From the NCBI GenBank assembly GCA_013416795.1, contig RQSC01001082.1:1-39295 (forward strand): a DNA stretch of 39,295 nucleotides, written 5' to 3'. Shown piece by piece: positions 8,425 through 17,100 of this stretch. This DNA is from Prasinococcaceae sp. CCMP 1430. Its lineage: Eukaryota > Plantae > Prasinodermophyta. The position numbers and the translations under genes are program-made. Position 1 is the stretch's first letter; every line of letters begins with the position of its first letter. A model generated the notes under the pieces. That model saw only the letters and a program-made list of their open reading frames with translations, made no database searches and had not been told where the DNA came from.

Positions 8425-9747
8425 TCACTTCTTCGGAGCGGCGCCGCGCTTGATTTTGGGGAAGGTGAGCGGCGCCTTGAGGCGCGCGACGGCGGTGGTG
8501 CCGGTGCGCAAGCGCTTGCGCTCGACGAAGCAGCCCATCTCGCGCAGGCGCGAGTTGACGTCCTTGGTGCCAAGCTTGAGCTCGTCGCCGTACGCGATGG
8601 CATCGAAGGCAAAGCCATCCAGATGCAGCAGCAACACGGCGATGTACAGCCCGCAGAGCTGATGCTGGCGCTTGCTGCGAGCGTAGCGTGTCGCAGTGCC
8701 CGTGCCCTGGGGCGTCATGAAGCGGTCCAAGAGACCGGCCGCCACCAGCTCCGGCACACCCAGTTTCTCCGACAGCTCCGCTGTCCCCCCGCTGCTGCCG
8801 CCACCCTTGTAGAATGCTACATGCGCCTGCAACATCCACAGCACGCGTGCACGCAGATCACGCGCCTCCGTTGTTGTCTCGGGGTCCGCGAGCGACGCGA
8901 GCCGCGCGATGACGAGAGAGCACCAGCCCTCCTCCTCCGCCTGCCTATGCGCTCCCCGCGCCTCCTTCGGGGAGCGCATGCGCCGCCCGAGCGACAGCAG
9001 CAGCTTCGCGTCGAGGCAGCCCCATTCCTCGTCGTCGCAGAGTTTGTCCAGCGGGTAGCATCCCTCCACTGTCTGCGCGCTCGCGTCGTGCGGTGGCACG
9101 TTGCGCGCGGCCTCGGCGGCCTCCTCGTCCACCTGGCTTCGGCTCTTGCCGGCAATATTGCTGACCAGCCCCGTCAGCACTTCCACCTGGGAGAGCTTCT
9201 CCGCCTTGACGAGCGCCCGCTCTGCCGACTTGAGCTTGCGCCCACTCTTGGTCGAGCCGAACGCGTCCACGAGCGCGCGCTTCGCCGCGCGCTCCTCGTC
9301 GGCAGGCCTCGACTCAGCGGCGCGCTTAGTCGCCTCCTCCGCACGGGCCTTCTTGGCCTCGGCCACCTCCGAATCGAGCATTGGTCGCAGCGACACGACG
9401 GGCCCGGCAACGGGGTAGAGCGTCGTGCACTTTGTCCGCTTGTTGTGGCGTGCAAGGGCGTATTGCGGCGCGAGCGCCCCGGCCGGCGCGCCGCCGCCGA
9501 GGTGCGTCGTGCCGCTGTCCGACGACGCGGTCACGGCCACGCAGCGCAAGGGCCGTCCGTCGTCGCCCCCAGAGACCGCTGCCTCGAACTCGAGCTGCGT
9601 GTCGCGCGTCAAGGCCGCTCCCGGCAGCCTGACAAGCAACGCCGCATTGCCAGCGCCTCCGAGCGCCGGCTGGACGCCCCCATACACCCAGCGCTGGTAG
9701 TGTGTGGGAGGTGCCGGCTCGCCGACCCGGCGGGCGTACTGCGACAT
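8425..9747 (-). CDS. RPA49: RNA polymerase I subunit RPA49/PAF53-like
   Basis: Family-like segments LVDAFGSTKSGRK, VPPHDASAQTVEGCYPLDKL and C-terminal LHLDGF...DELKL...LREMGC...ARLKAPLTFPK. TGTAA lies 25 nt after the stop. Confidence 0.85.
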   Translation of the reverse strand: MSQYARRVGEPAPPTHYQRWVYGGVQPALGGAGNAALLVRLPGAALTRDTQLEFEAAVSGGDDGRPLRCVAVTASSDSGTTHLGGGAPAGALAPQYALARHNKRTKCTTLYPVAGPVVSLRPMLDSEVAEAKKARAEEATKRAAESRPADEERAAKRALVDAFGSTKSGRKLKSAERALVKAEKLSQVEVLTGLVSNIAGKSRSQVDEEAAEAARNVPPHDASAQTVEGCYPLDKLCDDEEWGCLDAKLLLSLGRRMRSPKEARGAHRQAEEEGWCSLVIARLASLADPETTTEARDLRARVLWMLQAHVAFYKGGGSSGGTAELSEKLGVPELVAAGLLDRFMTPQGTGTATRYARSKRQHQLCGLYIAVLLLHLDGFAFDAIAYGDELKLGTKDVNSRLREMGCFVERKRLRTGTTAVARLKAPLTFPKIKRGAAPKK

Positions 9748-10441
9748 CTCCGCCTCGCGCCGCCGCAGCACCGGCCGCGCGCCCCCGGTCCCTCTCCCGC
9801 TATACGCGGGTCGAAATCCCTCTCCTTCCCGAAGCTTCCCGCGCACGGGCGCCCGCGGCGCCCCCAGCCCCTCACCCTTCCCCGTGCCGCGCCCGGCGTG
9901 TGGCGACCCGTGCCCCCGCGCCCCCGCCCGCTCGCGCGTAGCCGCCGTTGCCAGCCGCCGGCACCGTTCTGCGGAGTGCGCTTTCGGCGACCACGCAAAC
10001 CGCAGGATCCCAGTCCGCCCTGATTAAACCCCGGTTGTGCCAGGCAAGACCCTATTCAACGCCGCCTCCGCCAGAAAGACGCCGAGTCAGGGTCTACCAC
10101 GCGATACATACCCGGTTCGACCTCAGAGGCACCCCCGGACGAGCGCGGGTGCGCGGCCCCGGCGCCGCCGTTTTCGCACCGAACGTGTACATCGACGGTG
10201 CAAATCGACGGAATACCACAGTCGTCCACAGAATCATTATTATTATGTGAAACATGCGGAACGCGCCCCGAAAGTCCTACCATCTGCCGTCTCGTCACTG
10301 GGTGTTGGTGGGGATGTGCGTCCCTTCCGAATTGCCGCCTAAAAAACTGCAATTCGCAATTCCGGCGAAATCGGCGCCGCGCGGGCGGGTGTCGGAACGC
10401 ATGCGCGGCGCGCCGTACGTTTCTGGGCCACCGAATTTCGG

Positions 10442-11089
10442 ATGTGGCGCGCGCGCGCACTCGGTCCATATCCGACCGCGCACCGGCGCGCGCCGCGCGC
10501 GCGCGCGCGCGACAGCCGCGGGCGTGAGCGCGCTCGGGAGCGGCGACGCGGGGACGGAGCGGAGGCGCCATTGCGTGCGCTGCAGGCGGACGTCTACACG
10601 CCTATACACTTCGCAGCAGGAGGCGGCAGCGCCGACTGCGTGCGGCTGCTGCTCGAGGCGGGCGCCGACATGGAGAAGGCCACCGCCGACGGCCACACGC
10701 CTATGCACGCCGCAGCAGAAGGCGGCAGCGCCGAATGCGTGCGGCTGCTGCTCGAGGCGGGCGCCGACAAGGACAAGGCTGATTTCGACGGCGACACGCC
10801 TATTCACGTCGCAGTTCAATGGGTCCGCGCCGAATGCGTGCGGGTGCTGCTCGAGGCGGGCGCCGACAAGGACAAGGCTAATGTCGCCGGCAACACGCCC
10901 TTGCACCTCGCCGGAGCACGCGGCCGCGCCGACAACGTGCGGGTGCTGCTCGAGGCGGGCGCCGACGCATCCGCCCGCAATGCCGACGGCCGCACGGCGC
11001 TCCAACTCGCCGAGGAATCTGCCCACCGGTGGGAAGCGCGTGACCGCAAAGGGGCCACCGCGGCGCTGCTCAGACGCGCGCACACCTAA
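10442..11089 (+). CDS. Small ankyrin-repeat protein (4 repeats plus C-cap); 5' end uncertain
   Basis: Repeated TPxHxA...CVRLLLEAGADxxxA units. The ankyrin portion starts at about 10586. Confidence 0.85.
   Translation: MWRARALGPYPTAHRRAPRARARDSRGRERARERRRGDGAEAPLRALQADVYTPIHFAAGGGSADCVRLLLEAGADMEKATADGHTPMHAAAEGGSAECVRLLLEAGADKDKADFDGDTPIHVAVQWVRAECVRVLLEAGADKDKANVAGNTPLHLAGARGRADNVRVLLEAGADASARNADGRTALQLAEESAHRWEARDRKGATAALLRRAHT
10598..10993 (+). repeat. Four tandem 99-bp ankyrin-coding repeats with a near-identical framework
   Basis: ACG CC(T/C) starts at 10598, 10697, 10796 and 10895; GTGCGG(C/G)TGCTGCTCGAGGCGGGCGCCGAC is shared by all four. Confidence 0.95.
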
Positions 11090-11228
11090 CAACGTTGCAT
11101 GTATGTCGACTCTCTCGTTAGTCATGTATATACCAGCGCGCGCCGCTCGCGGCCTGCCACCGCCCATCCGCACCCCCGCATCATCATCACCATCTGTACG
11201 ACGCAGTCAGTCCACTTCAGAAGGACTC

Positions 11229-11807
11229 TCACTCGCCGAACAGCCTCTTCCTGATGACCGGCAGGTTGGTGTCGTGCGCGACGGCCAGCCGCTCGTCGAG
11301 CGTGTTGGCGCACACGATCTTGCCGTCCATGGACGCCACCACCACGCCGCCCGCGCACGACTCGCCCTCGAAGCCCGGCGCGGCCGCCGCCGGCAGGAAG
11401 GCCTCCGTGTTGACCACCACGCTCGGCGGCGCGCAGCCGGCGGCGCGCGCGTACTGGGCGGCGGCCTTGGGCGCCGCCGCCTCCACGAGCGCGAGGTCGG
11501 CCCTCCTGCAGCGCACCTGCATGGCGGGCTCGGCCACCTTGGTCATCGCCTGCGCGGTGAGGCTGACCAGCAGCTGCGAGTACTTGGCCTGGTCGGCCGT
11601 GATGGTGGCCAGCGTGGCGTGCGCCGCGCCGATGGCGGCGCGGATGCACTCCTCGCGCGCGCGCAGCACGCGCAGCCGCGCCTGGTTGACCTTGGTGGAG
11701 TGCTCGATGCGCTTGCGGCTCTCGATCTGCGCCTCCTTGCGCTCGAACTCGCGCCGGATGCGCTGCTTCTCCGACTCGACCATCTGCAGCTTCTCGATGT
11801 TGAACTC
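11229..11807 (-). CDS. VHA-E: V-type H+-ATPase subunit E, last exon only; the exon encoding the N-terminal ~34 aa is not found in the window
   Basis: EFNIEKLQMVESEK...SCAGGVVVASMDGKIVCANTLDERL...LPVIRKRLF. Acceptor GCAG| at 11808. Very strong G/C third-position bias. Confidence 0.95.
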   Translation of the reverse strand, partial: EFNIEKLQMVESEKQRIRREFERKEAQIESRKRIEHSTKVNQARLRVLRAREECIRAAIGAAHATLATITADQAKYSQLLVSLTAQAMTKVAEPAMQVRCRRADLALVEAAAPKAAAQYARAAGCAPPSVVVNTEAFLPAAAAPGFEGESCAGGVVVASMDGKIVCANTLDERLAVAHDTNLPVIRKRLFGE

Positions 11808-11830
11808 CTGCGGCCGGGCGCGGTCGGCGT

Positions 11831-13972
11831 GTGTTGTGCGAGCGGGGGGGCGATGGCGGGGGCCTGGCGACGACGCTCGCCGGGGTCGCCAAGGCCGCCG
11901 CGCTCAAAGCGCTCGACCTCGCGGACGAGCAGGCGAAGAGCAGGGCCGCCCGCGGCGACGCTGACGGAGGGGGCCTGAACGGGCTGAACCCGCTCAAGAC
12001 TCTCGAGGAGAGGCGCGCGAGGGAGCGCGAAGAGGAGCGCAAAAGGCGCGAGCAGGAGCGCGAGGCCGCCGCCGCGCGCGAGGCCGCCGCCGAGGCGACC
12101 GCGGATGGCACAGGCGCGACCGTGTCCCCGAGCGGCGGCAGAAGCTCGGATGCCGGGGCGCCCCAGCTGTCAGCGCGCGAGGAGCGCTGGGAGCGCCGGC
12201 GCAGGGAGAAGGAGGGGCTGCCCCAGTTCTCTTCGGACCTGCAAGGGGGCGCGGGCGAGGGCGCGAGCGACGTTGACAGCCAATCTGAGAGTGGCAGCGA
12301 GAGTGACTCGCGCGCCGCCGCCATCGCTGCCGCGGAGGATGCCGCGCTCGCGCACATGGGTCTCCGGCGGTGCGAGCGCATCGGGCGGGGCGCCGTCGCC
12401 GACGTCTTCAGCGCCGTGCCTCTGAGCGATGACGACGATGCGGAATTGCTGGGTGGCGGCGCGGACGTGACGGTCCGCGCGCAGGTGCACGAGAGGTGGA
12501 AGCCGTCTCGCGGAGGAGAGTACGCGGTGAAGATTTTGCGTGCGTCGGGGGGCGCGTCTGCGCTCAAGGATATGCAGGGGGAGATGGCGGCGTCTGGGCG
12601 CATCGGCAAGCACAAAAACGTCGTGCACCTCCTGCACGGCCGCGAGGTGCGCGTGCGGATGCCCTCCGACCGAGGCCGCAAGACGATCATCCTTGTGCTC
12701 GAGCTGCTGCGGCCGGCGACGCCGCTTAACGACGCAATCGCCAAACGCGAGTCCGAGCCGTTCGACACGCGCAAGGTGGCGCTGGACATCGCCGAGGGCC
12801 TGTGCGAGACGCACCGGCGAGGGTACGCACACAGAGACGTGAAGAGTCCCAACGTGCTTCTCTCGATGGATCCGCGCCAGCGTCGCCTGGTGGCCAAACT
12901 CTGCGACTACAGCTCGGCAGCACCGACTGAGGACGCGCTGCCCACGGTTGCGCCCAAGGAGAAGGAGAGCACGCGATCGAGTGGCGCCATGGGCATTCTC
13001 GAGAGCCTCGCCGACGCATTCACCGGCTCGGAGGGCTGGCGCCCCGTGGGCTCGCTCCTCTGGATGGCGCCTGAGATGATGTCGCCTCCCGAGGAGGGCT
13101 CTGCGCTGAGCCTCGACAAGGCCGCCTACGGCAAATGCGACGTGTATTCCTTCGGGGTGGTGCTGTGGGAGCTGCTCGCGGGGCGGCTCCCGTGGGTGGA
13201 GGAGGGCATCTCGGACGCTACCACTGGCAAGGACGAGCTGCGGCGGCGCGTCGTGCAGGAAGGTGAGCGGCTGCCCGTGCCGACCGACGGCGTCGGCGAA
13301 TCGCTGCTCAAGCTGCTCGACGACTGCTTTCTGGAGGACCCCACGCAGAGGCCTAGCATGCAGGAAGTGCTGCGGCGGCTGAAGGCCACCCGCAACGCCG
13401 ACTGGGGTCCGAGGGTCGGTGAGGCAGCAGCCGCGGCGAGCGCGATCGACACCAAGGAGACATTGTTGGCATCGGGCGCATTCACCATCGTCGAGGCCAG
13501 CAAGAGCAAGGACAGCCCAGCGGTGGTGCTCACCGACGCTGTGGTGACGCTCGGGCGCTCGCGGTCCTGCACATTTGGCATTCGTGATGGCCGTGCGTCG
13601 CGTACTCATGCCGAGATGCGCTTTGTGCTTGATGAGGAGCTCTGGCCCGATAACGTAGATGGTACGAACGGGCGCAACCTATCTGACAGGGGCGACGTCA
13701 TCGAGAAGGTTGAGTGGGCCAAGGTGAAGAAAAATGCCGACGGCAGCCTCGAGTTTACCGACTCGCCGAGCGACGATGGGGCCGTGGCAGGTGCGTCTCC
13801 AACGGGCTACTTCATCGTGTGTGACAACAGCAGCAATGGGACGTCACTCAACGGCAACAGGATTCGCAAGGGGATGTGGCGGCGCCTGGCTACTGGCGAC
13901 ACGCTCAAGATCGGGCGCACGCAGCTTGAGTTCCTGGTTGATGAGGACGCGCTGCGCAAGGCCCTCGGCTGA
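11831..13972 (+). CDS. TKL/Raf-like Ser/Thr protein kinase with an N-terminal charged coil and a C-terminal FHA domain; start unresolved
   Basis: IGRGAVADV, AVK, HRDVKSPNVLL, DYS in place of DFG, GSLLWMAPE, DVYSFGVVLWEL. FHA motifs TLGRS, SRTHA, SSNGTSLNG and GDTLKIG. Confidence 0.9.
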   Translation: MLCERGGDGGGLATTLAGVAKAAALKALDLADEQAKSRAARGDADGGGLNGLNPLKTLEERRAREREEERKRREQEREAAAAREAAAEATADGTGATVSPSGGRSSDAGAPQLSAREERWERRRREKEGLPQFSSDLQGGAGEGASDVDSQSESGSESDSRAAAIAAAEDAALAHMGLRRCERIGRGAVADVFSAVPLSDDDDAELLGGGADVTVRAQVHERWKPSRGGEYAVKILRASGGASALKDMQGEMAASGRIGKHKNVVHLLHGREVRVRMPSDRGRKTIILVLELLRPATPLNDAIAKRESEPFDTRKVALDIAEGLCETHRRGYAHRDVKSPNVLLSMDPRQRRLVAKLCDYSSAAPTEDALPTVAPKEKESTRSSGAMGILESLADAFTGSEGWRPVGSLLWMAPEMMSPPEEGSALSLDKAAYGKCDVYSFGVVLWELLAGRLPWVEEGISDATTGKDELRRRVVQEGERLPVPTDGVGESLLKLLDDCFLEDPTQRPSMQEVLRRLKATRNADWGPRVGEAAAAASAIDTKETLLASGAFTIVEASKSKDSPAVVLTDAVVTLGRSRSCTFGIRDGRASRTHAEMRFVLDEELWPDNVDGTNGRNLSDRGDVIEKVEWAKVKKNADGSLEFTDSPSDDGAVAGASPTGYFIVCDNSSNGTSLNGNRIRKGMWRRLATGDTLKIGRTQLEFLVDEDALRKALG

Positions 13973-14119
13973 ACGAGCTCCCAATCCAGATGGAAGGAGC
14001 CCAGCCTTCATTGCGCGCGAGGTCACCTCGTGATCGAGCTAGAAGCTAAGTAAGTGCATGTATATTCTGAACAGCCATTACGAGCGCAGACGCACCCCGG
14101 GATGACGCACCCCTCGCGG

Positions 14120-17100
14120 CTACGGGGTTTCGCTCCTCTGCGCACGCGCACGCAGCCACCCGAGCACCTCGCCTTCGTACTCCTCCTTCGAGCATGCGCC
14201 TATCGCCACGTCCAGCATGGGGCTCGCCAGCATCGCGCTACGCGCATCGTCAAACGTCCAGCCCCAGTTAGGTGGCCACGAGCGCTGCGGAGTGTGCAGC
14301 AGGTGCTCGCACATCGCTGTCTGCTGCTTGGCGGATTTGCCGAGGCGCTTGGGGAGCGGCTCCGCGGGGCTCGGCGAGTAACAACTGCGCACATCGGGCA
14401 GCTGCGTGCAGCCGCGCTGCTGGTAGCCTAAGCTGCCAACGAGATCTCGCACAGCCATATCGGAGGTGCTCCAGAGGAAGAGCAGCGCGGGCAGGAAGCC
14501 AGCAGCGTACGTCGCGCCAGGCACTCGTTGGGCTACAGCGTGCCCGTCCGTGTTCGAGGCTGGGCCACCCGCAAGCATCTCCTCGCGTTCAGCATCCGGC
14601 ATCGCGCGCAGGCGTTCCTGTGCTACCGGCGGGAGGTCAGCGGCCAGCACCTCGACAGGTTCGCTGGTGAAAGACGCGTACTCAGCCGTGCGCAGGTGTG
14701 TGCGGCAGTGCGCGTGCAGGTGCAGCAGATCCGCCGCCAGATCATGGCGCGCGTTGCTCGGCACGCCGTCCTCATCCTGCAAGCCGGCGACCTCGTCGCG
14801 CAGCCACAGCAGCGCAGTGCGCAGCGCAGGGCCGCCGTCCACACCGCTCGCACCCGCGGCCACACCGGCGTCGCGCGACTCAACACCAAGAGAGAGCTCG
14901 CGATGTGTCCCGTCGTCAATGTGAGGTCGCACAGCAGACAGTAACCGCCGCGCGACGGAGTCCTCGCCACACCAAAGACGTTCCGCGACGTCGGCCCCAT
15001 CACAGCGGTATATCGGCGGAGGCACCGTGGAGTCGCCATTGGTCTTGCGCCATTCTGCGAGCACCTTCCGCACCTTGTCGACAGCGATGTTCACCGCATT
15101 CATGCGCGCGTACCAGTTGCTGTCGGCGTCGTGCGTGGCGTCCTCGAGTGTGTAGACGTACCCATCCGACTCCGGGCCCTTGCGCATCAGTGCCTTGGGC
15201 AGCTCGGCCTTTTCAAAGTCACAGATTTCCACCATCTTGACCACGAAGCGTACCATCCAGCCAGGCATCGCACGCAGCATGGCGGCGCCGATGCCCGCAC
15301 GTGCGAGTGTCTGCACGCCCTCCGGGCCAGCCAGCGCCGCCACATCCTCGCTGGTCTCCACTGTGCGCGCGGCGTCAACCGCACCTTCCGAAATCGCCTG
15401 CGCGTTCTCCTCACACGCCTGCATGAGCTGTGCCTGTCTGTGCGTCATGCCATGACTGGAATCGAGCACCTGCCTGAAGGTTCGCGCGCCCTTCCACTGC
15501 AGATAGGAGCCCTGGCACCACCGGCTACCACACAGGCAGGTGGCCTTCTCGGCCTCCGCCTTCGAGTCCGTCACACAATTATAGTTGAACGTGAGCTCCT
15601 CTCCCTCAGCAATGGGGCGAGTCGTCACTGTTTGGATTGTATATACGCCGTTGACGACCTTGGCGCGCGTTTCACAGTTGGGCTCGCAGCTGTGGCTGAG
15701 GCGACTCACGAAGGCTGTCCGATACATGGCCTCGACGTAGATGATATCCGTGCCGAGCATGTCGCCCCTCGCGCGCTCGAGCGTGATATTGTAGAACTCA
15801 GGGCTCTCCTTCTCAGCGCTCAGGAAGCGCTGCGTCGACCGGATGGCGTCCTGGCGCTCGAACCAGCGCCACGGGGGATACATCTCGCCAAGGTACTGCT
15901 TGATGAACTCGCCCTTACGCAGCCCGCCCTCCTTCGCGCAGGTGATGCCCATGCCCTTTGAGTGCATGTAGAAGGACTCATCCTCTTTGGGCATTTCAAT
16001 GCGCGCCTTAAGGTCGGCGAGAAGCGTGGCAGTATCGGCGTCACCTCTTGCTGAGGCCTCGTCGGCCGCGAGCTGCACCGCGGGTGCCAGCGGTAGCGCC
16101 ACGCTCGCCTCGCCGGCCTCACGCGCAGCGCGGCCGGCATCCTGCGCCCTGGGCAGAATTTTGCCCTCTATGATGTCCGAGTACCAGTCGTACGCGTACG
16201 CCGACTTGTAGTCCGCCTGACCAGGCTTGCACGACATGAGCGCGCGCACCAGGCTGTAGTGCGTGAATCCATCGATGCCGAACACCTCTTCCTTCCGCAC
16301 GTCCACGCCAAGCCTTTTGGGAACACTCGCGTCAGCCTCGGCAACCTCTGGCAGGTCGTTCTTGTTGAGAGCAGCCAGCGACAGAGGTGCGGGCTCGTCG
16401 CCGGCTGGTGGAAGAGCGGCCTGGCGCTTTCGCTCATTGTCTTCGACCTCGCACACCACCTCGTATTCCTCGAGCTCCTTGTAAGGGATTGAGGCGGGGA
16501 TCTCCGTGCGCGTGGCCATGTCCACGCGCGTGCCACCGACGGGCCCGCCGTCCTTGTTCGCCGCGAGCCTGCGCTTGCGGGGCGCACGGCGCGCAGCGCG
16601 CGCTTCCGTGTCACGTACACGAGCACTCTCGACATTTGCCTTCGCTTGTCGCGCCGCTGTGCCCCCAAAGAGCTGCGAGGCAATGTCGGCCTCGAATTCG
16701 TCAATGAACGCGCCCCCCTCGTCAACAAGTCTTTGTCCAGTTGCGGCAATGTCCTTGCTGCTTTCATCAGAGTTGTACTTGATGCAGTTGCGCCCGATCA
16801 GCCTCACGTCGGCGCGGATGCCTGCGAGACAAGCGTTCACGTCTTCACCATACTCGCCTTGCTCAAGTTTCGTGACCATCGTACTGAAGTCCATCGGGCG
16901 CTCGATGACGTCGAGATAGTCGGGGAACTTTGCGGTGTCAACCGGCTCGCCGAAAATCCGAAACGGGTCGCACTCTTTCCTCAGTCGACTAAAGAGTTGC
17001 TGGATCTGCTGCTTGAGCAGTGCGAATGCCACCGCAGCATTGCCCCCACCCGCCAGGAGGGCAGCGAGCCGTGGCTGCTGCGAGCCGCCCACACCCACCC

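Noticed and set aside
8269-10023. 584-aa + strand ORF, and similar long ORFs at 6974-8227, 10254-11978, 11122-12897, 12170-13609, 34361-35917 and 37242-39188
   Set aside because: These are antisense or alternate-frame shadows of recognisable genes. High GC suppresses stop codons, and the translations have no family motifs.
10100-10130. GGTTCGA B-box/tRNA T-loop-like motif
   Set aside because: The flanks do not form a T stem, and there is no acceptor stem, anticodon arm or properly spaced A box.
10268-10440. GAAAGTCC resembling RNase MRP/P CR-I
   Set aside because: No matching P4 3' strand (CR-V) or GARAR loop could be found downstream.
10598-10993. Conserved-repeat/variable-segment array resembling CRISPR or a DGR target
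   Set aside because: The period is exactly 99 bp in frame and encodes ankyrin repeats. There are no cas or reverse transcriptase genes, and substitutions are not adenine-specific.
10442-13972. Ankyrin exon splicing onto the kinase to form an ANK-kinase around VHA-E
   Set aside because: The ankyrin ORF has its own C-cap and stop, and no YAG acceptor with a branch point precedes the kinase ORF.
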